Origin: Acidobacteriota bacterium
GTDB lineage: Bacteria > Acidobacteriota > Thermoanaerobaculia > Multivoradales > J023
Direction: 5' to 3'
DNA: 64,000 bases
NCBI GenBank assembly: GCA_029263315.1
Contig: JAJCXR010000055.1
Location: 124,195-188,194 of the forward strand
Each line of letters starts with the position of its first letter. Position 1 is the first letter of the stretch. Under the pieces are notes generated by a model. It was not told the origin of the DNA, searched no databases, and was given only the letters and a program-made list of their open reading frames with translations. Shown piece by piece: positions 45,100-55,059 of the stretch. Position numbers and translations under genes: made by a program.

Positions 45100-48000
45100 A
45101 TGTCGAGATCCAATGTCTGGGACGAGCCTACCCGCCTGTTGCGACAGAGCGTCCCCTATGGGCGCCTGTCGCAGCAGCTTGGGGAGGTGGTGCGCCTGCC
45201 GGTGCCGGCGGCGGCCTGGGTTCTCGATCTGCTGAGTGAAGATCTCGGGCGTCCACTGTTGGTGGTGGTGCCCCACGAGGTCAACGCCTACGAATGGCTG
45301 GAGGCCAGCCGCCACTTCTGTCGTCACCCGGCGACCTACTTCCCGGCTCCCTCCCTCAGCCCCTACCAGGAGACCGCGGTGTCGTTGCTGGTGCGGGCCG
45401 AAGAGGCGGGTGCCCTGGATCGACTGTTTCGTGGTCAGATCCAAACCGTCGTCACGACCCCCCGCGCCCTGTTTCAGCGCCTTCCGGACAAACACGATTT
45501 CGAGCCCTCGGTGCTCGACCTGGCGGTCGATCAGGAGATCGCCATCGACGGGCTTGTCGAGCATTTGATGCGTTGGGGTTACCGGCGCAGCGACCTGGTG
45601 TTCGAGGTAGGGCAACTGGCGGTCCGCGGTGGCGTCTTCGATCTGTTCCCCCCCGGTGAAAGTCTGCCCATTCGTCTCGATTTCTTTGGCGACACCATCG
45701 ATGCCATCCATCAATTCGAACCTGAAGGCCAGCGTTCCCAGGATAGCTTGGATGGCATTCGCATTCTGCCCTTGTCGCTCTTTCCACAGGGGGCGGAGGA
45801 GGCCAAGTTTCTGGCTGACCTACTGGCCGAGCAGGTGGGGCCCGGCGCCGGTCAAGAGATTTCAGAGAAGTTGGCGGCGCTGCGCAACGAAGGGGGTTTC
45901 GACGGCTGGGAGCATTATTTGCCGCTGTTGGCCGCCTCGACCACCACCTTGCCCGAGTTGCTCGCCGACCCGTTGATCGTCAGTCTCGACCACGCAGCCT
46001 TGGTGGAGGAGGTAGCCCACCACGGCGAGATTCTGCAAGCAGAGGTGGGCGAGCGGCAGCGGCAAGGTCGATTGGCGATTCCCCCGGAGCTCTTGGAAAC
46101 GCCACCGGATGAGGTGAAGGATTGGTTGGACCGGGCTCAGGTCCGCCTCGGGGATTTGCTGGTGGAGCAACGGACGGCGGTGGACTTCGAAGCCAGCAGG
46201 ACCGACCTCCTGCACGATCAGCTGCCCCGCCTGTCGCGGGAAGTGGATGTCGCCAAGAGCCGCGGTGATCGCTTCATACTCATGACGCCGGAGGAGCATC
46301 GGTCGCGCATGTCGGAGCTCCTGGAAGGGCGCGACATCGTGCTCGGCAGCTCCGGCGTCGAGCTGGCGACCGGTGATCTGCAACGGGGGTTCCGTCTGCC
46401 GGCGGCGGCGGTGACCGTCTTCGGCGAGCGCCAGCTGCTGCGTCGTAGCCCCATCCTGCGTCGGCGCAAAGAGCGCAACAAGAGCTACGGTGTTTTTCTG
46501 TCGTCATTGCGCGATCTCAAGATCGGCGATTACGTTGTGCACTCGGACCACGGCATCGGCCAGTTCGTCGCCCTGCGCTCGGTGGGCGGCTCGTCGGGCC
46601 CGCTGCGCGAGATCCCCTCCGAGGTCGGCAAAGCGGCGCCGGAGGGTGCCGACGGTGTCGAGGTGATGGAGATTTCCTACGCCTCCGGTAAGAGTCTGTT
46701 GCTGCCCTTGAGCCGCCTGGATCAGGTCCAGAAATACAGCGGCATCGAGGGCCTGGCACCACGCCTCGACCGTCTCGGCGGTAGCTCCTGGAAACGCACC
46801 AAGAAGCGCATCAAGTCCGGCCTTCGGGACATGGCGGAAGAGCTGCTCAAGCTCTATGCCGAACGTCAATTGGCCCAGGCACCGCAGATCGGCACCCAGG
46901 GTGACTTGATGGGGCAGTTCGAAGCGGTCTTCGAATACGAGGCGACGGAAGATCAAGTGGATGCCATCCGCGACATCTTCGACGACTTGAGCAAAGCTCA
47001 GCCGATGGATCGACTGCTGTGCGGCGATGTGGGGTTCGGTAAGACCGAAGTTGCCATGCGCGCCGCTTTCCGGGTGGTGGAGGGGGGCTATCAAGTGGCC
47101 GTCCTGGCGCCGACGACCATCCTCGCGGATCAACACCTGGAGACCTTCCAGAAGCGCTTCAAAGACTTTCCGGTGCGTATCGAGATGATTTCCCGTTTCC
47201 GCAGTCAAGCGGAGGTGCGGGAGATCCAGAAGCAGGTCGAAGCGGGCAAGATCGATATCTTGATCGGTACCCATCGCCTGCTCAGCCGCAAGATCCAGTT
47301 TCCCAAGCTCGCCATGGTCATCATCGACGAAGAGCAGCGCTTCGGCGTCGCCCACAAGGAGCGCCTCAAGCAGATGCGCAAGGATGTGCATGTGCTCGCC
47401 ATGTCGGCGACGCCGGTACCCCGCACCCTGCAACTGTCCCTGGCCGGCGTGCGGGACCTGTCGTTGATCGAGACGCCGCCGCGGGATCGCATGGCGGTGG
47501 AGACGGCCATCCTGCCCTTCGACGCCAATTTCATTCGCGAAGCGGTGGAGTTCGAGCTCGAGCGCCAAGGCCAGGTGTATTACGTCTACAACCGTGTCGA
47601 GTCGATCGACAACATGGCGACGTATCTCAAGGAAGTGATACCCGGCCTCAAAGTGACGGTGGGGCATGGCCAGATGGATGAGAAGGAGCTGTCGAAGCGT
47701 ATGCACGCTTTTGTCAACGGCGACTACCATCTCTTGCTGGCCACCACGATCATCGAGAATGGCATCGACATCCCCAACGTCAACACCATGATCGTGCACC
47801 GGGCCGATCGCTTTGGCCTGTCGCAGCTCTACCAGCTGCGCGGTCGGGTGGGGCGTAGCGATCAACTGGCCTACTGCTATCTGCTGGTGCCGCAGGATCG
47901 GGTCCTGTCGCAAGAGGCCCGCAAGCGCCTCGACGCCATCCGTGAGTTCACCGAGCTGGGAGCGGGTTTTCGTGTCGCCGGTCGAGATCTGGAGATCCGC

Positions 48001-48567
48001 GGTGCAGGCAATCTATTGGGATCCGAGCAGAGTGGCCACATCGCCGCGGTGGGGATCGAAACCTATCTAAAGATGCTCGAAGAGATGGTGGCGGAGCTCA
48101 AGGGAGAAGCGCCGCAGGAAGCGCCGTCGGTGGCTCTGGATTTGCCCGTGCCCATGGCCATCCCGGAGGATTACGTCAGCGAAGCCAATCTGCGCATGGA
48201 GATTTACCGCCGTTTGGCCACCGGCGACGAATCCGAAGAGGCATTGCTGGCCGAGCTGCGCGACCGCTTCGGCCCACCGCCGGAAAGCGTCTTGACGCTC
48301 CTACAGGTGGCGGGGATCAAGCGGCTGGCCGAGTCCCTCTACCTGCAAGCCATCTCGGCCCGCAACGGCAAGCTGGTGCTGCGGCTGCGCCAGGACGCCA
48401 AGGTCGAGCCGCAACGGTTGATCGATTTGGTGTCGCAGCGGCCCAAAACCCATTTCAGCCCCTCCGGTGCCCTGACCCTCGATGGGGTGCCGACGGCGGA
48501 TATCCTCGACACCGCACGGCGGGTGCTCGAGCATTTGGCGCAACCGGTCGAGGCGACCGAAGCATGA
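45100..48567 (+). CDS. mfd: Transcription-repair coupling factor
   Basis: 1155 aa. UvrB-homology N-terminus, RNAP-interaction domain, and superfamily-2 translocase motifs (CGDVGFGKTEVAMRAAF, DEEQRFGV, TRIG-like C-terminus). Confidence 0.9.
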   Translation: MSRSNVWDEPTRLLRQSVPYGRLSQQLGEVVRLPVPAAAWVLDLLSEDLGRPLLVVVPHEVNAYEWLEASRHFCRHPATYFPAPSLSPYQETAVSLLVRAEEAGALDRLFRGQIQTVVTTPRALFQRLPDKHDFEPSVLDLAVDQEIAIDGLVEHLMRWGYRRSDLVFEVGQLAVRGGVFDLFPPGESLPIRLDFFGDTIDAIHQFEPEGQRSQDSLDGIRILPLSLFPQGAEEAKFLADLLAEQVGPGAGQEISEKLAALRNEGGFDGWEHYLPLLAASTTTLPELLADPLIVSLDHAALVEEVAHHGEILQAEVGERQRQGRLAIPPELLETPPDEVKDWLDRAQVRLGDLLVEQRTAVDFEASRTDLLHDQLPRLSREVDVAKSRGDRFILMTPEEHRSRMSELLEGRDIVLGSSGVELATGDLQRGFRLPAAAVTVFGERQLLRRSPILRRRKERNKSYGVFLSSLRDLKIGDYVVHSDHGIGQFVALRSVGGSSGPLREIPSEVGKAAPEGADGVEVMEISYASGKSLLLPLSRLDQVQKYSGIEGLAPRLDRLGGSSWKRTKKRIKSGLRDMAEELLKLYAERQLAQAPQIGTQGDLMGQFEAVFEYEATEDQVDAIRDIFDDLSKAQPMDRLLCGDVGFGKTEVAMRAAFRVVEGGYQVAVLAPTTILADQHLETFQKRFKDFPVRIEMISRFRSQAEVREIQKQVEAGKIDILIGTHRLLSRKIQFPKLAMVIIDEEQRFGVAHKERLKQMRKDVHVLAMSATPVPRTLQLSLAGVRDLSLIETPPRDRMAVETAILPFDANFIREAVEFELERQGQVYYVYNRVESIDNMATYLKEVIPGLKVTVGHGQMDEKELSKRMHAFVNGDYHLLLATTIIENGIDIPNVNTMIVHRADRFGLSQLYQLRGRVGRSDQLAYCYLLVPQDRVLSQEARKRLDAIREFTELGAGFRVAGRDLEIRGAGNLLGSEQSGHIAAVGIETYLKMLEEMVAELKGEAPQEAPSVALDLPVPMAIPEDYVSEANLRMEIYRRLATGDESEEALLAELRDRFGPPPESVLTLLQVAGIKRLAESLYLQAISARNGKLVLRLRQDAKVEPQRLIDLVSQRPKTHFSPSGALTLDGVPTADILDTARRVLEHLAQPVEATEA

Positions 48568-49517
48568 GCCAGATGCCGAGTTTCCGGGGCAGATGGGCCG
48601 AGGCGGCTGGGCTGGCCGTCGTTCGGCGCACAGGTGTAGGCTTGGACAGACGCCGTCGCCTTGTTCGACGGTGGACCTTGGTGGGGTATTGTGCCGCCCT
48701 TGGCGCCGTGCTTTCGGCCTGTGGGCCCCACAGTGGCTCGCAGGCTGGCATGGCGCTGGCGATCGAGGGTGAGCCCATTGCCTATGGCGATTTCGAGAGC
48801 TACTCGAGGCGTCAGCTCGGCGGTGAGGAGCTGGCCCTTGATGGGGTCGTCGAGAGCCGTCTCCTCGATCGTTTCATCGACGAACGGTTGGTGGTTCGCC
48901 TAGCCCGAGATCGTGGTTTGACCCGCCAATCCGAGCCCTTGGACCAACAGGATGCCATCTCCTTTCTGCTACGCGATCAGCGGCGTGCCAGGGTGACCGA
49001 GGAGCGTCTACGGTCTTACTATGATCAGCACCTGGCGCGTTACCAACGGCCGGCCGGGGTCTGGCTCTGTCAGATTTTGGTGGACGACAAGCAGCGGGCG
49101 GCGGCGGCCTACCAGGCCTTGCAGGAGGGCGAGCCATTTGTCGAGGTGGCGGCACGATTCTCGCAGGGGCCCAAGGCACAGCAGGGCGGTGATCAAGGAC
49201 GCCTCGCCAAGGAGGACTTGCCGCCGGAATTCGTCGACGTGATCTTCCACCTGGAGCCTGGGGAGTTTTCTCAGGTGGTGGTGGCCGACTATGGCCTGCA
49301 TATTTTCCAAGTGAAGGCGGTCTATGCCGCCGAAGTGCAGCCTTTCGAAGACGTTGTCGACGATATTCGACAAGAGCTGCTCCGCCTCCAGGTCGACGAG
49401 ATCGTCGACGGTTTCTTCGCCGAAGCGAGGAAGCGGTACAATGTGCAAGTCTTCTCCCTCAACCTTCCTTTCGACTACCAGGGTTCCTTTTCCTATGACA
49501 CGCAAGATACCCCTTGA
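48564..49517 (+). CDS. Parvulin-type peptidyl-prolyl cis-trans isomerase, probable lipoprotein
   Basis: Lipobox LSAC after a signal sequence. PpiC-type rotamase domain (GVWLCQILVDD...DYGLHIFQV). Start overlaps the mfd stop by 4 bp. Confidence 0.6.
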   Translation: MSQMPSFRGRWAEAAGLAVVRRTGVGLDRRRRLVRRWTLVGYCAALGAVLSACGPHSGSQAGMALAIEGEPIAYGDFESYSRRQLGGEELALDGVVESRLLDRFIDERLVVRLARDRGLTRQSEPLDQQDAISFLLRDQRRARVTEERLRSYYDQHLARYQRPAGVWLCQILVDDKQRAAAAYQALQEGEPFVEVAARFSQGPKAQQGGDQGRLAKEDLPPEFVDVIFHLEPGEFSQVVVADYGLHIFQVKAVYAAEVQPFEDVVDDIRQELLRLQVDEIVDGFFAEARKRYNVQVFSLNLPFDYQGSFSYDTQDTP

Positions 49518-50667
49518 CGCTCTGGCCGGCCGGCGCCCTGCCGTTCTGGCACTCCTCTCAACCCTTTGCCTGGCGGCTGCTTTCGGGGCGATGGCGGCGG
49601 AAGACCTGGACCGCGTGGTGCTGCGTGTCAATGATGAAATCGCCACCCTGCACGAGTACGAGGCCCGCAAGTCGGCGGAGATGACCCGTATCCTCGGCAG
49701 CCCCCAGATGACGGCGGACCAACGCCAGGAGTCCATGGAAACGGTGGGTCAGGAGGTCATGCAAGGTATCTTCAGCGAGCTGTTGCTGCTCTCCTTCGCC
49801 GATCAGCAAGGCATCAAGATTCGCGACGCCGAAGTCGAAGCCGCCCTAGAGACCATGAAGCAGCAGCAAGGGGTAAGCAGTCGGGCTGAGCTGGAAGAGG
49901 CGTTGGCCGCCTTTGGCATGACCTACGACGATCTCTGGGAGAACACGCGCCGAGATCTGTTGTGGAATCAGGTGGTGGGCCGCGAGGTCAACTCGCAGAT
50001 CGATATCGGCGACGAAGAGTTACGGGCCTACTACCGCAACAACCGCGAGCAGTTTCAGCTGCCAGAGAAACGGCAGCTGCGGGAGATCATCGTGCTCGAC
50101 AGCAGCGGTCTGGACGGTGACGCGTTGCTGGCCAAGGCGAACGAGTTGCGGCAGCGAATTGTGGCGGGGGAAGGCCTCGAGAGCGTAGCTGCGGAGGGCA
50201 AAGAGGCCGGATGGACCACCGGTGTCATCGATCTCGACTGGCTTCAGGAGGGCGAGCTGGAAGCGGCCTTGGGCGAAGCCGCCTGGGGGCTTAAGGTGGG
50301 TGAGGTCTCCGCTCCCGTCGCTGGCCGTGGTGGATTCCACATCCTCGAGCTGGTGGCCTTGGAAGAAGCCGGTCTGCGGCCCTTCAAGGAAGTCGAAGAG
50401 CTGATCGCCCGCCGCGAGCGCTCCCGGCGTTTTGCCAAAGAGCTGCGCGATTTCGTCAAAGAGCTCGAGCGCAAGTCCTACATCGTCGAGAATTTGCCGC
50501 CCGAAGCGGTGGGTTATCGAAATTTGGTGGAGGACTTCGAGAGCGAGGACGGCCTGGAGGCCTTTCGTGCTCAGGTGATCCCCTCGAAGGCTTCCGAGGC
50601 GGCCCCTGAGGAAGCCTTGCCGGAAGAGGCTGAAGCGGGAGAGGCCGTCACCCCAGCCGAGGGCTGA
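49495..50667 (+). CDS. SurA-like periplasmic chaperone / parvulin PPIase
   Basis: Signal peptide (MTRKIPLDALAGRRPAVLALLSTLCLAAAFGAMA), SurA_N-like helical region, then a rotamase domain (REIIVLD...GGFHILEL). Start taken at internal Met 49495; the ORF is open from 49324. Confidence 0.6.
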   Translation: MTRKIPLDALAGRRPAVLALLSTLCLAAAFGAMAAEDLDRVVLRVNDEIATLHEYEARKSAEMTRILGSPQMTADQRQESMETVGQEVMQGIFSELLLLSFADQQGIKIRDAEVEAALETMKQQQGVSSRAELEEALAAFGMTYDDLWENTRRDLLWNQVVGREVNSQIDIGDEELRAYYRNNREQFQLPEKRQLREIIVLDSSGLDGDALLAKANELRQRIVAGEGLESVAAEGKEAGWTTGVIDLDWLQEGELEAALGEAAWGLKVGEVSAPVAGRGGFHILELVALEEAGLRPFKEVEELIARRERSRRFAKELRDFVKELERKSYIVENLPPEAVGYRNLVEDFESEDGLEAFRAQVIPSKASEAAPEEALPEEAEAGEAVTPAEG

Positions 50668-50968
50668 TCCAGGCTCGGCCTTCTTCGCCGCTAGCAGCTC
50701 GCCGCATCGGCCCGCTATCTGGCCCGATATCCGGCCCAATATCCGGCCCAACATATTGTGTGTGCCAGCTCAATGGTAACGATATGTTGGGCTTTTCCAT
50801 TTTCGTTTAGAAAACACTTTCCAATCCCACTGCCACCGCCTGCCAGCGCTGAGGCTTCGGTGCCGGGCACTTGCTGCTCAACATCCTAGGGGCCCCAGCG
50901 GTGGGGGTTTGCAACCGATTCATACCCAGTTAGTGGAACAAAGTGGATAATTGTGTTTCTCAGTGGAA

Positions 50969-51037
50969 GGAAATGGACAAAAATGGACGATAATGGTACG
51001 TTGCCAAGGCTAACCCCCCTGCGAGGTGAAATGGACT
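50969..51037 (+). promoter_or_regulatory. Putative Pmra promoter / MraZ operator: AATGGAC-type direct repeats at 10-bp spacing upstream of mraZ
   Basis: gaAATGGACaa (50969), aAAATGGACga (50979), tAATGGTACg (50989), and gAAATGGACtt immediately before the mraZ ATG (51027). Weaker copies AAGTGGA (50942) and CAGTGGA (50961). The region is locally AT-rich. Confidence 0.4.
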
Positions 51038-51038
51038 T

Positions 51039-51479
51039 ATGTTTCGAGGCAGCGCACCGACAAAGATCGACGACAAAGGTCGTCTCAAGGTTCCGACGGA
51101 ATTCCGTCGGATCCTCGAGGAGAGCTTTGGGCCGGAGGTCTTCATCACGTCGCTGCATGGCGATTCAGCGATTCTCTACCCGCTGCCGGTTTGGGAAGAG
51201 ATCGAGCGCAAGTTGATGCAAGTGCCATCGGCCTCCAGCTCCAAGCAGCGGTACCTGGCAAGGGTCAACTACTTTGGGCAGCAGCTACGCCTTGATAGCC
51301 AAGGGCGTGTGGTCTTGCCTCAAATCCTGCGCGAGCATGCCGAGATGGCGGGGGAAGCCATCGTCAGCGGTCGACTGGACCGCTTGGAGATCTGGAACCG
51401 TGACCTCTTCGCTCGCAAGCTGGAGCTGGAACCCTTCTCCGAGGACGATGCGCAGAAGCTGACGGATTATGGGATCTAG
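51039..51479 (+). CDS. mraZ: Transcriptional regulator MraZ
   Basis: MFRGSAPTKIDDKGRLKVPTEFRR... with the duplicated SpoVT/AbrB-like halves (..DSQGRVVLPQILREHA..). Confidence 0.9.
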   Translation: MFRGSAPTKIDDKGRLKVPTEFRRILEESFGPEVFITSLHGDSAILYPLPVWEEIERKLMQVPSASSSKQRYLARVNYFGQQLRLDSQGRVVLPQILREHAEMAGEAIVSGRLDRLEIWNRDLFARKLELEPFSEDDAQKLTDYGI

Positions 51480-52518
51480 CGACGAATCCGTCGACGGTTT
51501 GGCGGAGCAGTCGGCCAGCTTGGATGTCACAGGGAAGGGGCCTGCCAACGACGGAAAGTCGGCGCCCCGGCATCTACCGGTTCTCCTGGCAGAGACACTG
51601 GACCTCTGGGTGAGCGATCCCCGAGGTTGTTATGTCGATGCGACGCTGGGGCTCGGGGGTCATGGAGAGGCCCTGTTGCAGCGCTGTCCGGAGGCCACCT
51701 TGGTGGGCCTGGACCGAGACCCCAGGGCCTTGGCCTTGGCTGCGGAGCGGTTGGCGATTTTTGGCGATCGGGTGCGATTGGTGCGTGGGCGGTTCGATCA
51801 GTTGAGTGAGCGGCTGAGGGATCTCGGTATTACGGCGGTGGATGGGATCTTGGCGGATCTCGGTGTGTCGTCGATGCAGTTGGACTTAGCAGCGCGTGGT
51901 TTTTCGTTTGCTCGTCCTGGGCCCCTCGATATGCGAATGGGTTTGGGCGAAATGACGGCGGCGGATGTCGTCAACGGCTACCCGGAGGACGATTTGGTCA
52001 CAATCTTCAAGGAATACGGCGAAGAGAAGAAGGCGCGCCCGATCGCTCGAGCGATCGTCCGGCAGCGCGCCGAGGAACCCTTCGAGACGACGGCCGATCT
52101 CTGCAAGGTGGTCGAAAGCTGCAAAAAGGCACCCCCCGCTTGGGTAGCCCATCGACAGCGTCGTGGTGGTGGACGTCAGCGCACCATCCATCCGGCTACA
52201 CAGGTATTTCAGGCACTGCGCATCGAGGTCAACGACGAGCTTCGGCAGGTGGAGGCGCTGCTCGACGAATCGGTCCAAATGCTGCGGCAGGAGGGGCATT
52301 TGGTGGTGATTTCGTACCACAGCTTGGAGGATCGCATCGTCAAGCATCGGTTGCGGGATATGGCTCGCGGCGAGGTGGAGCCGGTCACCGGACGCCCCCG
52401 TGCCGAGACGCAGCTCATCGAGGTGTTGACACGGCGGCCGGTGCGTCCCAGTGACACGGAAGTGGTGGCCAATCCACGTTCACGCTCGGCTAGGCTCCGT
52501 GCCGCCAAGAGAATTTGA
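51469..52518 (+). CDS. rsmH: 16S rRNA (cytosine1402-N4)-methyltransferase
   Basis: HLPVLLAETLDLW.., YVDATLGLGGHGEALL, GILADLGVSSMQLD. Confidence 0.9.
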   Translation: MGSSDESVDGLAEQSASLDVTGKGPANDGKSAPRHLPVLLAETLDLWVSDPRGCYVDATLGLGGHGEALLQRCPEATLVGLDRDPRALALAAERLAIFGDRVRLVRGRFDQLSERLRDLGITAVDGILADLGVSSMQLDLAARGFSFARPGPLDMRMGLGEMTAADVVNGYPEDDLVTIFKEYGEEKKARPIARAIVRQRAEEPFETTADLCKVVESCKKAPPAWVAHRQRRGGGRQRTIHPATQVFQALRIEVNDELRQVEALLDESVQMLRQEGHLVVISYHSLEDRIVKHRLRDMARGEVEPVTGRPRAETQLIEVLTRRPVRPSDTEVVANPRSRSARLRAAKRI

Positions 52519-52714
52519 GGGTCATACGACGTTGGAGAGAGAAACTTTGGGTAGCGGAGCTTTGGATGTGTGGAGCGGCAACGGGTCTGTAGTGGACAGG
52601 TCTGTGGTGGGCAGCCGTGCGGTGATCGGCTTCGGGGGCAAGGCCTGAGGGCCTGCTGCCGGAGCTTCTGAGAGCGGTATTCGATGCGCTGGCCGAGACG
52701 ACCCGTCAGGGCGG

Positions 52715-53080
52715 ATGGTAAGAGGTTCGAACGAGTTGAGACAGTACGCCATACGTCGACCGGTGGAAAACACCTACTTGGTGCGGCAACTCGACCGCCG
52801 TCGTTTGCGCGAGCTGTTGGGTGTTTTTGGCATCGTGTGTCTGGTAGGCAGCGGATTATTGGCGTACACCTGGGTTCATATCGAAATCATGCGCACTGGA
52901 TATCAAGTCAATGATTTGGAACGCACGCTCGAGCGATTGCAGGAAGAGGAACGCCGCTATCGCTTAGAAGCCTCCTTTTTGGCACATCCTCGCCAGTTGG
53001 AAGAGCGCTCGGCAGAAGAGCTGGGCATGGTGACGCCGACCCTCGAGCAAACGGTTTTCTTCCACGAGATGGTGCCGTGA
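52715..53080 (+). CDS. ftsL: Cell division protein FtsL
   Basis: Small bitopic protein (one TM, then leucine-zipper-like coiled coil). Located between rsmH and ftsI. Exact start uncertain. Confidence 0.6.
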   Translation: MVRGSNELRQYAIRRPVENTYLVRQLDRRRLRELLGVFGIVCLVGSGLLAYTWVHIEIMRTGYQVNDLERTLERLQEEERRYRLEASFLAHPRQLEERSAEELGMVTPTLEQTVFFHEMVP

Positions 53081-55059
53081 AACCCCGTCTGATCATTTTG
53101 ACGGCCTTGGCTGCCTCCTGGGTTCTTGCCGTCAGCCTGCGTCTGTACGACTTGCAGGTTCGGCAGCATGAGCACTATTTCCAGAAGGCGGAGCAACAAC
53201 AGCAGCGTGTCGTGGTGCTCGATCCGCCCCGCGGCACGATCTACGATGCCCAGGGCCGTGAGCTTGCGGTCTCGGTAGAGGTCAAATCGTTGGCCGCCGA
53301 TCCGAGCCGTATCGTGGACCCTGTCGCCACCGCGCGGGCACTGGCGGAAATTTTGAGTGTCGACGCCGGCTCCTTGGCCAAGACCTTCGCCTCCCCCCGA
53401 CAGTTCGTCTGGATTCAGCGCAAGCTCGACATTCCGGTGGCGGAGCGCATCGAAGCACTGGGTCTGGAAGGGGTTTTTACCCTGCCCGAGAACAAACGCT
53501 ACTACCCGTTGCACGAGCTGGGAGCGCAGATTCTCGGCTATGTCGGCACTGACAACTCCGGTTTGGCCGGGCTCGAGTACCTCTACGAAAAGGAAGTGGC
53601 CGGCGAGCAAGGGCGTCGTCGGGTGGTACAGGATGCCCGCCTGGGTACGGTGCAATACCCACACACCGATCTATCGTCGGCGCGTCCGGGGCGGGATCTC
53701 TACTTGACTTTGGATGCCACGATCCAACACATCACGGAGCGGGAGCTGGCCAAGGCGGTGCAAGGAAGCGGTGCCAAAAGTGGCATGGCGGTGGTCATGG
53801 ACCCCAACACCGGAGCCATCCTGGCCATGGCTTCCTACCCCACCTTCGACCCCAACGACTTCGCTGCCTCACGCCCGGAGACGTGGCGCAATCGTCCCGT
53901 CATGGACGCTTACGAGCCCGGTTCCACCTTCAAGATGGTGACCTTGGCGGCTGCCCTCGAGGCGGGGACCCTCGATCCCCTACGGCAAGTGGACTGCGGC
54001 AATGGAGGCATCGTGCTGGGTGGGGTGAGGATCAACGATCACACATCCTTCGGTATGTTGACGACGCAGGAAATCATCGCCAACTCCAGCAACATCGGCG
54101 CCATCAAGCTCGGCATGGCAGCGGGACGCAAGCGGTTCTACGACACCATTCTGGAGTTCGGCTTCGGCAAGCCGACGGATATCGATTTGCCGAGCGAAAG
54201 CTCCGGCATTCTGCGGCCCTTGGATCGTTGGACGCCCTTGGCACCGGCCTACATCTCCTTTGGCCAAGGGATTTCGGTGACCGCCCTGCAGTTGACCACT
54301 TCGTTTGCCGCCATCGCCAACGGTGGAGAGCTCTTGCGGCCCTATATCGTCGCCTCCATCGGCACGCCCCGAGAAGGGCGGCGGGTCTGGAAACAGCGGC
54401 AAGTGGTGGCCCGCCCGGTCTCCCGTGACACGGTGCATCAGGTGCGGGCGATTCTGGAAAGCGTCGTCGTCGACGGCACGGCCAGCAAGGCGGGTCTCGG
54501 AGACTACCGGGCGGCGGGCAAAACCGGCACGGCGGAGAAGGCGGTGCCGGGCCGAGGTTATGCCGCCCACAAATACATCGCCAGCTTTGTCGGCTTTGCT
54601 CCGGTCAGTCGTCCGGCCCTGGCCGCGTCGGTCATCCTCGATGAGCCTTGGCCCCGCTACCATGGTGGCGATGTGGCGGCGCCGGCCTTTGCGGCCATTG
54701 CCCAGCGGGTATTGTTGTACCTCGGCGTGCCGCCGGAACGTCGTCGTTCGGAGGAACCGTCGGCCCCGGAGACGATCGCTGAGGTAACGCTGCATGCGGT
54801 GCCCGAGCCCACCGTGGAGAGCCAACCGCTGGCCCTGCGCTGGCGCGGCGAGGCGACGGGCGCTCCGGTGCCCGCGGGCACGGTGCCGGACTTGGTGGGA
54901 CTGTCGGCCCGTCAAGCCCTGGTACAGACACAGGCCTCGGGTCTACGTTTAGCCCTCAACGGACACGGGGCCGTGAGCCGTCAGCTCCCGGCTCCTGGAA
55001 CGCCGCTGGAAACCACCGGTGGCGCGGTGGAAGTTTGGCTGACGGCGGGTGGACCGTGA
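53077..55059 (+). CDS. ftsI: Peptidoglycan D,D-transpeptidase FtsI (PBP3)
   Basis: N-terminal anchor and PBP dimerisation domain. Transpeptidase motifs STFK (..PGSTFKMV..), SSN (..ANSSNIGA..), KTG (..AAGKTGTAE..). Confidence 0.9.
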   Translation: MKPRLIILTALAASWVLAVSLRLYDLQVRQHEHYFQKAEQQQQRVVVLDPPRGTIYDAQGRELAVSVEVKSLAADPSRIVDPVATARALAEILSVDAGSLAKTFASPRQFVWIQRKLDIPVAERIEALGLEGVFTLPENKRYYPLHELGAQILGYVGTDNSGLAGLEYLYEKEVAGEQGRRRVVQDARLGTVQYPHTDLSSARPGRDLYLTLDATIQHITERELAKAVQGSGAKSGMAVVMDPNTGAILAMASYPTFDPNDFAASRPETWRNRPVMDAYEPGSTFKMVTLAAALEAGTLDPLRQVDCGNGGIVLGGVRINDHTSFGMLTTQEIIANSSNIGAIKLGMAAGRKRFYDTILEFGFGKPTDIDLPSESSGILRPLDRWTPLAPAYISFGQGISVTALQLTTSFAAIANGGELLRPYIVASIGTPREGRRVWKQRQVVARPVSRDTVHQVRAILESVVVDGTASKAGLGDYRAAGKTGTAEKAVPGRGYAAHKYIASFVGFAPVSRPALAASVILDEPWPRYHGGDVAAPAFAAIAQRVLLYLGVPPERRRSEEPSAPETIAEVTLHAVPEPTVESQPLALRWRGEATGAPVPAGTVPDLVGLSARQALVQTQASGLRLALNGHGAVSRQLPAPGTPLETTGGAVEVWLTAGGP

